Below, one piece after another: positions 36,739-48,965 of a DNA stretch of 64,000 nucleotides. The position numbers and the translations under genes are program-made. Positions within the stretch are counted from its first letter, which is position 1. The number at the start of each line of letters is the position of its first letter. The notes beneath the pieces are model-generated. The model saw nothing but the letters and a program-made list of their open reading frames with translations. It did not search any database and was not told the origin of the DNA. Where the stretch lies: assembly GCA_002189035.1 (NCBI GenBank), contig CM007989.1, positions 1,984,001 to 2,048,000 of the forward strand, in the 5' to 3' direction. This stretch comes from Utricularia gibba. Lineage: Eukaryota > Plantae > Magnoliophyta.

Positions 36739-38152
36739 ATGGCACAAGAGCAGTTGGTTCTCCGCGGTACTATGCGTGCCCATACGGATTGGGTCACCGC
36801 CATCGCGACTCCAATTGACAATTCCGATATGGTGGTCACCGCCTCTAGAGACAAATCCATCGTTTTGTGGGCTTTAACCAAGGAAGACCGCACATACGGG
36901 GTTCCTCGCCGCCGATTGACCGGTCATTCCCACTTTGTTCAGGACGTCGTTCTCTCTTCCGACGGCCAGTTTGCACTTTCCGGCTCCTGGGATGGTGATC
37001 TCCGCCTGTGGGATTTACAAACTGGTAAAACTGCTCGTCGCTTCTCGGGTCACACCAAGGACGTTCTCTCCGTCGCCTTTTCCGCTGACAACCGTCAGAT
37101 AGTGTCTGGATCGCGCGACAAGACTATCAAGCTCTGGAACACGCTTGGAGAATGCAAGTACACTATACAGGACCAAGACGCGCATTCTGATTGGGTTTCA
37201 TGCGTGAGGTTCTCTCCCAATACGCTGTTGCCAACCATTGTCTCAGGCTCGTGGGATAACACCGTCAAGATCTGGAATCTGACGAATTGCAAGCTGCGGT
37301 CGACTTTAGCCGGACACTCTGCCCATGTGAATGCTGTGTCCGTCTCACCTGATGGTTCTCTCTGCGCAAGTGGTGGGAAAGATGGTGTTATTCTTCTGTG
37401 GGACTTGGCCGAAGGAAAGAGGTTGTATTCATTGGACGCTGGCTCTGTCACTCACGCCCTCTGCTTCAGCCCCAACAGGTACTGGCTGTGTGCTGCAACT
37501 GAGTCCAGCATCAAGATTTGGGATTTAGAGAGCAAGAGTGTTGTTGTCGATCTCAAAGTCGATTTGAAACAAGAGAGTGAAATGGCTGCCGAAGAAACCG
37601 GTACCAGGAAACACAAGGTACTCACTCAACGTATCACTATCATTTTTACGTCATCATTTTTTTGGTAATTGTGATTAATCTACTAATCATGTGTGGTATA
37701 ATGCTATTCTCTCCTCAACTTTCATAACTTGTTACTATTATTGCCCTGAACAGCTAGGCATTTCTAATATTGTGTTTAACCGCGCATATATCTCGAGTTT
37801 ATCTTCTTTAACCCATATTTTTTACCTTGTGGGTATCTGAAAGCTGAGAACTTTTTCGTGTTTTTTGGCTGTTAAACGTGTCACCTACAATTATTTACTG
37901 TGAATGTGCGGTGTGAGCCACTCTTCCCAAAATCCATTTCTTTCAGTAGTGATGCGGAATGTTGGCCCTGATATTCCAGATCATCAGATGATCTGGAACA
38001 TCAGATGATGTTTCAGTGCAGAAATATCATTGTTTGTGTATTGTCTGCAGGTGATCTACTGCACGAGCCTCAACTGGAGTGCGGATGGGAGCACCCTCTT
38101 CAGTGGGTACACAGATGGTGTTATTCGCGTTTGGGGTATCGGCCGCTACTAG
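36739..38152 (+). CDS. RACK1: RACK1 (40S-associated WD40 scaffold), 2 exons (36739-37617, 38051-38152)
   Basis: [25 protein letters not shown], seven WD repeats, [11 protein letters not shown], ends [10 protein letters not shown]. Confidence 0.97.
37974..38012. repeat. Nested inverted repeats in RACK1 intron
   Basis: TTCCAGATCATC-A-GATGATCTGGAA (12-bp arms) overlapping AACATCA-GA-TGATGTT; CATCAGATGAT occurs twice 17 nt apart. Confidence 0.9.
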
Positions 38153-39179
38153 CCGACAGCAGCTAATCAATCCACTGTTTTTCGAGTTGTTCTGCAACCC
38201 TTTCTTTTGAGATTGAACTTGCTACATTTTGGTTTCGGTTGTTACTCGATTCATCATCTCATGGAAAGTTAGTCTTGTCGCTACTGTTTTAAGTTCTTTC
38301 TCTACCATGCTTACTGCGCCTATTTCTTTCACCAGTTTTAACAGTTGCTGCGGTTCTGAATGCTTTCACCAAAGGCTCTATTTTTTGTGATGCTGTTGGA
38401 CTGTAAAAATGGCCTCTTCCCCTTCCAAAGAAAAGAAATTTGTGTAGGCAGCAATCTTCGAACGTTCCAATCCTTTTGAATGCCATAAGGAGAACGAGTC
38501 TAGTTGTACGGATTAATTTCAACGTTTTAAAAATTATAATTTAATTCTTTTGAATTACAAGTTTTTCATATTAATGATTCTATTAAAGTTAAGTTACCTC
38601 ATAAAAATACAGATCACAATTTAAATATGATTCTATTACAATTTAACTATAGTTTAATATTTTTCATGAAAAAATATTATTTTTTATAACGAACAATTAT
38701 ATACCACAATTTAGTATTTTTCATATATTTTTTAAATATATTAATTTAGTATTTTTTTTCAATTTGATGTTTCATCCATGATTTAGACCGCGATCCCTAA
38801 GTACATGATTTAAAACGCTAGTTTGGACACGGACCACCCATGTCAGTTCCATACTCTATCAGTGCTCGAAACTATCACTCGCCCCATCAATGGACGATAT
38901 TCTGGAGTGTATTGTGGTGCATGCAAGCGTGTTATAGTCAAGAGAATGATGTCTAATCATGATAACAAACACCAGCATTTCTAGAACTGCATAAGGAAGC
39001 CTTTGGAAAGATTCTGAAGGACATTAATGATAACAGATAAGTCCAACAGCGCACCAAGATACGCATAATGAACACGTCTAATGCAAAAAAAAAAAAAGGA
39101 AAACCTCAGGAAACGCAAGTGAAACAGTGCATACTGCAGTGACACTAAAGAGGTAAAACCCAGGATTCAAACACTGCAT

Positions 39180-40777
39180 TTACCTCACAGTAACGATGTC
39201 ATCAATCTTCAAGATCATGCGCACACACTCCGTTGCCAAGCTGATTGCGCTTGTGCTCACAAGCAGAGGCTGCACCACATTCTCCTCCAAGATATTAGTG
39301 ATCTGGCCCTTCCTGACGTTGATCCCTGCATTGACCTCACCCTGTGCGTGCCTATTCCTCAATTCGGTGACTATGGTAATTGGATTCAAACCAGCATTCT
39401 CTGCAAGTGTGTATGGAATAACCTCGAGAGCTTCAGCAAACGCCTTGACACAGTATCCTTCCATCCCCTGGAGTACCTTCGCCCAGGCACCTAGCTGACG
39501 AGAGAGCTCTATCTCAGGTGCTCCCCCACCAGCAATCAGAAACTTCTTGTTAACCAAACACCTCACAACACACAGCGCATCATGTAAACTCCTCTCAGCC
39601 TCATCAAGTACTAGCTGGTTCGATCCACGCACCAGGAAGCTAGTGGTCCTCCCCATATCCTTGATCCCTGTGATTTTAACAATCTTTCCACCATCTCCTA
39701 ACGCAATCTCTTCAACCAAATCAGCATTCCCCAACTTCTCAGCACGGAAGTGTTCAATATTTGAAATGGGTAAACAATTCAATGTCTTGGTGATGAACTC
39801 TATTTCGTCCCTCTCAACATCTTTAATGACTAAAATCTTAGCCTTAGCCAGATAGTGCAACGATAAATCAGTGACAGCATCACGCAGGATACTCTTTTGG
39901 ATCAGAAGAACATTGCATCCCGCTGATTTAATTTTCTTAATCATCCCCAGAATGTAGTTTCTCTCCTCCTTCAAAATCCGATCCATCTGTGTATAGTCAG
40001 AAACAACAATACTTTGCTCTATATCGGTTTTAGGAGGTGAAATCTGGAACTGGATTACACCTATCTTGGCATTTTCCATTTTCGTTGGTCCTCCAGCAGC
40101 ATGACTCACTTTCTTATCAAACACCAGTCCCTTAACCATTTCAGTATCGTCAATAGTCCCTCCCAGCTTCTTAACGACTTTGATATCTCTCAAATCCACT
40201 AAATCGGGTTTATCAGGATCCACAACAGAAAGCACTGCATCAACAGCTAACGGAGCTAAAAGTGTAGAGTACTGCGAGACTACCTTAGAATTGAGGGACG
40301 TGGAAGCAGATTTTACCAGCGAGTCACGATCCGACAACTCCACAGGGATCGCCATAGCAGATAAAATCCCAACGGCTTTTATCGACGCCTTATGGAGGGA
40401 GTCGGAAACTATAGTAGGGTGAATGCCGGAGGTCAAAAGATAAAGCGAAGCCTTGAGCAGCGCGCCGGCAATGACGACAACAGTAGTGGTGCCATCTCCC
40501 GCAACGACATCCTGAGATTTAGAGAGTTCGACGAGAAACTTCGCCGCAGGCTGCCGGGCTTCCATCTTGTTGAGTATAGTGGCGCCGTCGTTGGTAATGA
40601 TAACCTCTCCTGATGCGGTGGCGATCATCTTGTCCATCCCCTTGGGGCCCAGACTGGTACGCACGGCGTCGGCCACCGACTGCGCGGCAGCAATATTCGC
40701 CATACGGATGTCATCTTTGCGCTTGTTGTCGACAAAGGTCTCCGTCGACCTCCCTTTGACACCGCCGGAGCCGCCAT
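39180..40777 (-). CDS. CCT4: Chaperonin CCT delta subunit, intronless; apparent -1 frameshift at 40752-40754
   Basis: [52 protein letters not shown]; N-terminus MAAPAVSKG joins [20 protein letters not shown] only if one base is added. Confidence 0.96.
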
Positions 40778-40789
40778 GTTCGAACCGAT

Positions 40790-40797
40790 AAACCCTA
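40790..40797. promoter_or_regulatory. Telo-box AAACCCTA in CCT4 leader
   Basis: Exact match 13 nt upstream of the ATG. Confidence 0.65.
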
Positions 40798-40892
40798 GCT
40801 CTCGAGATTCAAGTGAAATAGAAAGGGTGAGCAATGGACTCTCATCTCAAATTTGTGTTTTTATTTTATTTTTAAAGACAATGCATTTTAAA

Positions 40893-40894
<2 letters not shown>

Positions 40895-40930
<36 letters not shown>

Positions 40931-40980
40931 CTTCTTTGCAATCATATATTTAATATATAATATTGCAATCATATATTTAA
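40895..40980. repeat. (AAT)11 microsatellite followed by an 18-bp direct repeat
   Basis: AAT x11 at 40895-40927; TTGCAATCATATATTTAA at 40936-40953 and 40963-40980. Confidence 0.9.
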
Positions 40981-41387
40981 ACTTAATGATATAAAATGAT
41001 TTGTAATTATTTCATACTTCAAGGCCACACATTTCGTGTAGACCAGAAATGATTGGGAAAGTGTATTAGTAATTAATATTAGGTGTAAAATATTAATAAA
41101 TACAATAAAAATTTTCAATTAAATAAGATAAAATTTATGAGACATTAAAATTGAAATTTAGTATTTTAAATGTTAAACTATGATTACAATCATAATTCTG
41201 AGTAATTAAATTAAATATGTTAATTAATCCCCAAACTTGTTAAAATTAAGCTAGGAAAGGCTATTAGTTGAAAAAACAGGGGTGGAGCTGAGACGAGAGA
41301 GGAGATGCCAATTGCCATGTCGGTTGTGGACTGGCCAGCGGTGAAGATCGGTAGATCGATGGGGTAGGGTGATTGGGTAGGCAGTCG

Positions 41388-44300
41388 ATGGCTCACTGGA
41401 TCTCCTCGAAGCTCAAAGCGGCTGAAAATCTTTTACAGCAGGCAAGCGAATCTCAAGTGCTTCTATTTTCTGACCTTCATTCCCATGGAAAGGAATTATC
41501 GAGTTTTCTTTAATCTGGATCCCTGATGGTTTTCTGGGTTTCTGAATTTATGAGATCGCGTTACTTCTTGCTCATCTAATGGTGTTAGAGGCCATGTTCA
41601 ATGGTGACTAATGATGGTGTTTGTTTCGCATAGATTGATCAGCAAGCGGCAGAGTCACTTGGTAAGAATGAAAAGCCCGTTTCAGATGTTCGATTTGGTT
41701 TGGAGGAGTCACCTCGGGGGACTGGACCAAAACCTTTGATTAAGGAGCAGTTTAAGAAGAAGCCTCCCTCTTATGCGTCGCAAACTTCGCAAGTTCTTGC
41801 TAGAAGCAATAGTGATGTTAAGGGGGTTGATGGTGAGCCTCAAGTGTCAAGAAAAGCGAATTCGAGGGCCAATTCCGTTGGTGAACTTACAGAGAATGAT
41901 TGGACCGAATTACTGAGTTCACCTAATAGAACAGGAGTTTCCAATGGAAGGGGTGCAAACCAGAGTCGAGTATCTGGAACTCGAACCTCAAGGAATGATG
42001 GAAAGGTCGGGAACTATTCGAGAGTCTTTAATAAAAAAACTGAAAAAGATAAGCATGAGGGAGATAAGGGTTCAACAAAGTCTGTCATTGGATTAGAGAT
42101 TAATGGTGATGGTGCTGATATGAAATTAAATGATGTTGAAGACGCACTTCCAAGAGCTTCAGGTTTTGTTGTACTGGAATCTGAGAGTGGTAATGGGTCT
42201 CCGAGTCTTACTTCAGCAGGAGAGAGTGATAATGCAACAGATATAGGAGTTAATAGGAATGCATCAGATGAACTTTGTGACACCAACCAGAATATGAATA
42301 CCTTGAAACATTATTCTGGGATGACCCTGGTCTCTACGAATTCTTTTTCAACTGATACAATATCTGCTTCGCCAATGGATGGAGAATCCAATTCTGCTAC
42401 AGATTCAAGTTCATCATCTGATTCAGAAGTCGAAAGAGAAAGAAAGGAAGGAAGAAAGAAGAGACAACAAATCCTAGCAACAAGAGCAATCACCAAGGCT
42501 GTTGAAACAATCAAAGCACGTGAAAATCTACTTGCTAGGCTGGAGGGTGAGAAACTGAGCTTGGAGAAAATACTTGAGGAGCAAACCAAGCTGCAAGTGA
42601 AGGAGGTACATTTTGATGGCGTAAAATCTACTTCATCTTAAATTATTGTACATCGTATAATGTAACATTTGATATAATCTATTTCTCAGTTCCTTCCGTG
42701 CAGAATTGCCCTCCAATCAGATCGTGTGTTCTTGTTACAATAGATCTCATTTCCTACCATAGTATCTGACCCTTTTTGTTCTTTAGCAGGAGTTGTTCTT
42801 TCAGTTAGGATTTGATTGGATGCTTCTCAATTGATGTTTTTCAACTTCCCTAATTAGAGTTTCTTCAAATTAACTGCCGTTTTTCAGGCTTCTGACCTGC
42901 AGATTGTGATGATGGAAAACATGGAAGCGGTTGAACGAGAGCAAAAGAAACATAATGATACTCGAATGAAGACCTTTGCGAGATTAGCAAAACTAGAGGT
43001 ACATTTGTTCGCATTCTGTTGCTTACATAGTATATTTTGCCTTCATATGACATCCCTAAGTATTCTCTCTACATTATTATTATGTTTACATTATAAGAGC
43101 CACAGTCAATCCAAACTGTGAGATGTTACTCTGATTTGTTATTTCTGTTGCATGTCATATTGGCATCTCTAATGAATGTGTACGTATTGTTTGATCTCTT
43201 TCTGAGTTTAAATGTGGATTCTTTATTTGAGCAGTGGCTAGGATGGTTTCTGGGTAGGTATAAGTCTGCAAGTTTGCCCTGTTGCTAAGTAAGTATTAAA
43301 TTTTCTTGGTTCTTTACGCAGGCTGTCAATGCAGATCTTTCAAGATCTCTTGCTACTGTACAGAAGAATCTGGAGATTGAGGTAGTTGTCTATTCTTCTT
43401 CTATATGTCATAGACTGATTATAGAGAATTCGTTAATTTGTTACCATTAGTGAACTGCGTTGACTTCACCCACTGTTTCTAAGCGTTTTTCATCTTTTGG
43501 TGATCCATAAGAATCTTAAACAGAGTAAACAAGTACATCATAACTGGTGGAAGGAGTTGACTTAAAAGGAAATTTTTGCTGGAACACATATTGGCCACGT
43601 TACTCACTGATTATGTGTGTTTTATATGATTCACTAGGTTGATTATATAGCTGAACTTCGGCAACAAATTTACAGAAAAGAGGTTGCTTGTGAAGGTGAG
43701 GATTTCAAAATTGAACTTGTTTTGAGAGATGGCTTGTTTTGTAAGCTGTTTCTACCCTAATCGCATATTTTCAATTAAGCTATCCCAACACCATTCATAA
43801 GTAGGTTATTTTTGTCGCAGGCTCTTGTAAATCGTTGAAATTATACTTTGAGCACTATTCTTGATTGAATTTGCTCACAAATCAAATCTTATCTCAATGT
43901 TTGGATAGCTTTTGAATGAAAATTGAAATCTTCTTTTCTCTGCAGAGATGAGGTGGAAAATATTGCATTCTAACCAAAATTTTGGCAAGGTGAATAACGC
44001 CCTTGTTGATCTATAGACCATATATCCATCTCGAAATGAATGACATGTTAATGAAGTAGCAGGTGAATCCTTCAAAAGGGTTGAATTTGAAATAGAGATG
44101 CTTGCAGCTGAGTGTTCCTTCTTAGCTGATAAAGTGGGAAGGTTGCAAGAGCAGGTAACTTTGTCTCTTTCACTCATGCCGTGGAAACAGGTTCACAGTT
44201 TCTAGGCAATCTTTTTATGGATTGCACATTTACTCACAGACTGACTTTCATGTGCAGGAAAAGATTCTAGAAACAAGCATTCAGACCATCCAACACGAAA

Positions 44301-44999
44301 TTGAAGTTCCAACTGACATGGAAATTGAACTGAAAGGGAGGTTGAGCCAGTTGACTGATTTCTTGATAAAAAAACAGGCACAGGTATGATCATTTTGATG
44401 ATGGATATGGCTATATCTATCTCTTGGCAAGAAAAACTTGAGTTTATTACAATGGTTTTTGCATGGAAATGTTGAGTTTTATCCGACTACCATGCCATTT
44501 TTTTCATTCAAAGTGATAAATTGCCATTTTCCAGGTTGAGAAGCTAGTTTCGGAGAAGGCGATGCTACTTCTAAAGAACGAGGTAAATTAACCTACGTAT
44601 ACACAAGGGGACATTTTAGATTCCGGTCATAAAGTCTAAAGCCCTAAACAGGCGATCTCAAAGTTGCTCCATGGGAACAGCCCAACTGTTGATTCTGTCA
44701 GTCTTGCGAGTGCGTCATCGAGAAATGATCTCAACTTTGGTGTATCGCATGCTATATCCAACCCCAACCTCAAGGAGAGAATAAGAAGAAGCAAGCAACA
44801 CTTGGGATCACTGGTCCGGCACTTGGACTCCATCTTCTGTAGCATTGCAGTGGCAGCCAAAAGAAACTGGAGATTCAAAATCTGGGGTGTTGTGTACTTG
44901 GTGTTCCTTCACCTTTGGGCGGCTTACATTTTTTCCTCGCAGCCGAGCGCTATCATTTCGCTTGAAAATACCAGTAAGATTAGGGCAGCTGGCACCTGA
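41388..44999 (+). CDS. GC2: Golgin candidate 2 (golgin-84-like coiled coil with C-terminal TM)
   Basis: MAHWISSKLKAAENLLQQIDQQAAESLGK N-terminus, KKHNDTRM, EIELKGRLSQLTDFLIKKQAQVEKL, TM KIWGVVYLVFLHLWAAYIF. Confidence 0.9.
41442..41633 (+). other. GC-AG first intron of GC2
   Basis: CAG CAG/GCAAGC ... CGCATAG/ATT GAT CAG restores LLQQ/IDQQAAE. Confidence 0.85.
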
Positions 45000-45288
45000 T
45001 TTTCCCCCCTGGCTCCATGTATCCATCCTCCTTTGAATGAATGGTTCCTCCCTTCACTCGATGCTGGGTGTATAGAACGAGTGGGTTCCGCACAAATGAA
45101 CGATAGGAGCTACCAACATGAGAATCAACAGTGGCTTTCCTTTTTAATAGTTCAAGAGTATTTTTATTGCTACAGGAACAACCGAACTGGTAGTACAAAA
45201 GCCAGATTTTACTCTGCGATACATCAGGTCAACAACTTGAAAACAGTGAGATTGTATCCAACCAACCAGGACTATGAGTCTCTGGGCT

Positions 45289-46862
45289 TCACTGGCTTTT
45301 GCGAGCTCTTCCTCTCTTCCTTGCAGGAAAAAAAACCAGCAATGAGTGGGTTCTTGCCTACATTATTCAGGAACACAGGTGGCACTCATACCAGCCCTCT
45401 TGAGGAAGATGACGGCTGTAGAGTGGAAGCTCTAATAGAAAAACTGCTTTAAACCAGGAAGGAAGAGGGCCATAGAGTGCAGGCGGTAGCAAGATCAGCG
45501 GACTGAAAAGACATTTTTACAAATATCAGCTTCATTATTCTCAGCTAGACTTATTTGGCAGTGCCTTACCGGTTGAAAGAATGAACACAATTTCAAAGAA
45601 AAAAAACTAACCTCGTTGATTTTTTATACTGTCTGTATGCACTTACACTGCCATACTTTCTATCAGCGGAATCCTGGAGAGGCAGTAGTAATACAGTACA
45701 TTCATGAATATTGAATGTCTGTACTGAATTCATAGAGTAATGCATTAGCAGCATAGGAAATTGACCTCAAGGAGTGGGATGCCACTAACGAAAAGAAGCA
45801 GCAATGTAAGAAATATTGGTCCCAAAATGACCAGCCACTCAAAATTGACTAGCACAGGTGATGCAGCTATGAAAATTCCCCACCAAATAAGCATCTGAAT
45901 GAAAGGCAGAGAGGTGGTCACTATGTGAGGCTCAGTTAACTGAAAACAAGGCCTACCTGCCATTTTGTACTCTAAATGTTTCCTTCAGTTCAATAAAAAA
46001 CAAACTGAAGCCACCAAAGATCGAATCAATTCAGTAAGAAGATAATAATAAATGACACATTTTAGGTAATACAAACGCACCAACCTCGCCAAAGTAGTTG
46101 GGATGGCGAGAATATTTCCACACTCCGACATTGCACCACTTGCCACGATTTTCAGGAGCATTTTTGAAATTCAATTTTTGTTGATCTGCAGTTGCCTCAA
46201 TACTTAATCCTAAAAGCCACAGAATCCACCCTATAATGTCCCGAGCTTCTACTGGAGGATCTAGGTCAGATGCATTGACAATTGTCACAGGTAAACTCAC
46301 TGTCCACACCCAAACAGCCTGTGGAAGAGAATCGCAGAAAATTTCAGAGACAACTTCATACATGGTATCTCAAGCTCATGGTGTTTACAGACACAAACCT
46401 GGAAAGTCCAAAATACTGCCAATTTTCCCAAATTGCCACGCATTTCATCAAACCTACGATCCTCCCCCCACTGAATGATTCTGAAACACCAACAAAGACA
46501 GGTTTTGCATCAATTAACATAATAAAAATAGAACTCTGTGGTTCTATTTTCCTTTAAGTGCTGTCCTGTAAACCAAACTAACGATCACTTTTTCTTTAAG
46601 CAGACCTCAATAGTAAAAATACTGCAAGACGAAGACCCCAGATAACCACAAGCGCAGACAAAACCACCTGCAGGGAGGGCACTGAAATTCTATATAATTC
46701 AGGTATCAGAACAAAGGTATCCATCATCTCACCTGTCGAAAGTGTAATGATCCCTTAACAGCCAATGTTAAAACTGCAAGTATGATGAAATTTGTGCTAC
46801 CTGAGGAAAAATAAAAACTTGGGTATATTACAAAACAAGTACTGGTTTGAATGGCTTATCTC

Positions 46863-46898
<36 letters not shown>

Positions 46899-47155
46899 AA
46901 TCTATCGGAATAGGGAAAATCAAACAAAGAGTACGAATCAAAAGAGCAGCATACCGGCGAAATCAGTGACTTTGTCGAACCTCAGAAGAGCTGTGATCAC
47001 AAAGAAGAGCATTTGATAACCCACCTGCAGAAAAGGCAATCCCTATTGTTCGTCAAAATAAATAATCACACTTTAAAATAGAATATTTCTGGCAACAGAC
47101 GTACAGTGACGACGGCAGTGAGGCCTAAGAAGTGGGAATCGATGATGGTTCCCAT
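45289..47155 (-). CDS. DUF1295 / steroid 5-alpha-reductase-like membrane protein
   Basis: MGTIIDSHFLGLTA, DKVTDFAGSTNF, WGEDRRFDEMR, QAVWVWTVSLP, WKYSRHPNYFGE, SGIPLLE. Stop is 45367 if the last exon is unspliced or 45289 if a final small exon is used. Confidence 0.9.
46868..46896. repeat. A29 homopolymer in DUF1295 intron
   Basis: Direct reading (U-rich on the transcribed strand). Confidence 0.9.
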
Positions 47156-47532
47156 GAACGATCCACCAAAAAAAAAATCTCCTTCTGAAACTGAAGCAAC
47201 TTAGTCCAGTGGCAGATACGCGAGAATGAAGTACTGCTTTCAAATCTTTTTGCACTTTTCAACGGAGCAAGTTTGGAATCTGCGGCTACGAAGCCCCCGA
47301 GTTTTCCGACGCCACGCTGTACACTTCTGCGGTTATCATATTCCGGTTCTTCACCGGCTACCTCCCCCAGCTTGTTTATAATTAATTAATTAATCATATA
47401 TTTAAATATCTATATATAATTAAAATGATATTATATTTGATATCTATCTTAAAAATAAATAATTTAGAGATTAATAATAAAAAATAAATTATAAATTTTT
47501 ATTCTTTTAAATTTTCTTACTACAACGGGGCT

Positions 47533-48772
47533 TCAAATGAAACTACATCCTCTAGCTTTCCTCACATTTTGTGTCTGCATCAGCTCTCTCAACTGCTCTG
47601 CTTCACTCCACTTCCCTCCCAGTGCATAGAGATCAGCAATGAGTGAGTAAAGGCCACCTCCGGTCTCTGGTCTCACTACCTTCATCACCTCATTGATCAC
47701 ATTTTCAGCCATTTCCAACTGTCTGTGCATTTTGCACCATGTCAAGAAGGAACCCCAGATAGCAGCATTTGGATCAAATGGCATCGTTCGGATGACCCGG
47801 AGGGCCTCCACGAGCATCCCCGCCTTTCCTAGCAGCTCCACCATGCAGCCATAATGCTCAACTCCAGGCAGTAGTCCATACTGCTGCTGCATCATCCTGA
47901 AATACTTGCGCCCCTCGTCCACAAGCATAGCCTGCACACAGGCGTTCAGAATCCCAGTGAAGGTTAACTCATTGGGCGTCACCCCATCCTCAATCATCTT
48001 GTCAAAGAGCAGCAGAAGCTCTCTGCTAAAGCCATGATGTGCTGCACCACATATCAAGGCTGTCCATGTAGCCACATTGGTGTTTCTCATCAGGTTGAAT
48101 ACCAACTGTGCCATCTTCAGATGTCCGCATTTCGCGTACATGCTGACGAGACAAGTACCGTGTTCCATGTCTAGCTCCCAGCCGTTCCGAATTGAGAAGG
48201 CGTGCACAGATTTTCCCAGCACCAAACCTATCAATCCCATTTTGCTGCAACTTGCTAATATTGATCCCAAGGTGAAGTGATCAGGCTTTAGGTGCACATC
48301 TTTGGCATTCCTTGTGGTTAGCATTTGGCGGAAAAGGGCGAAGCCTTGGGGAAAAGGGAATGGTTCAAGCAAGCCGAGATAATCGCCGACCAAGATGCAA
48401 TATTCCTCTGAGGCATAGCATCGAACACCTTCCGGGCAGCTGCGATATCACCTTGTCTGGCGTACCCAGTGATCATCACATTCCAGCTGACTGCGTTCCG
48501 AACAGACATTTCGGAGAACAATGTGCAGGCCTCCTTGAAGCATTTCAGCGCGTAGGCAGAAAGCAGACAAGTGGCTACATAAACATTGTGGCAAAACCCA
48601 AGTTTGAGAAGATGGGCATGGAGGTGGTGTAGGACGCCGACGCTGCAAGACAACTGACTGCAAGATTTGAGAGCATGGAGGACGCTGAATGAGTCGACAG
48701 AAGCCGAATTGCGATGCGCCCGACAGTAGAGCTGCAGGCCTCGAGAGGTAAAGAAGCTGAGGCGGATTTCAT
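47533..48772 (-). CDS. PLS-class PPR protein with E domain, no DYW, intronless; frameshift at 48348-48351, start uncertain
   Basis: RNAVSWNVMITGY, PDHFTLGSILASC, VTPNELTFTGILNAC, PGVEHYGCMVELLGKAG, MPFDPNAAIWGSFL, ends RKARGCSFI*. Nearest plausible ATG (48772) is out of frame by one base. Confidence 0.85.
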
Positions 48773-48863
48773 CGTGGAAGCATCCCGGCGTTCGGAAGGC
48801 CAAAGGAAGCGGATTATCACATGAGGGTGCCCGAAGGAGCAACAGAAATGGAGGCGTGAACAC

Positions 48864-48965
48864 TTCACAGGCAACACGTCCTCCGTTTAGAACAATCAGA
48901 TCAGAACATCGATCTGCAATGATCAGCCATTTCCTTATAGAGCTCCAGATTTGAACGAAGCCTGG
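48864..48965 (-). repeat. Diverged direct copy of SKI2 segment 49903-50037 (intron end, 3' splice site, exon start)
   Basis: Identical blocks of 19 nt (48864-48882 = 49903-49921), 14 nt (48890-48903 = 49929-49942) and 30 nt (48905-48934 = 49969-49998), plus an 11/12 match (48954-48965 vs 50026-50037). Confidence 0.92.

Noticed and set aside
39617-39630. GGTTCGATCC resembling a tRNA T-loop
   Set aside because: Inside the CCT4 coding region; no cloverleaf or A box.
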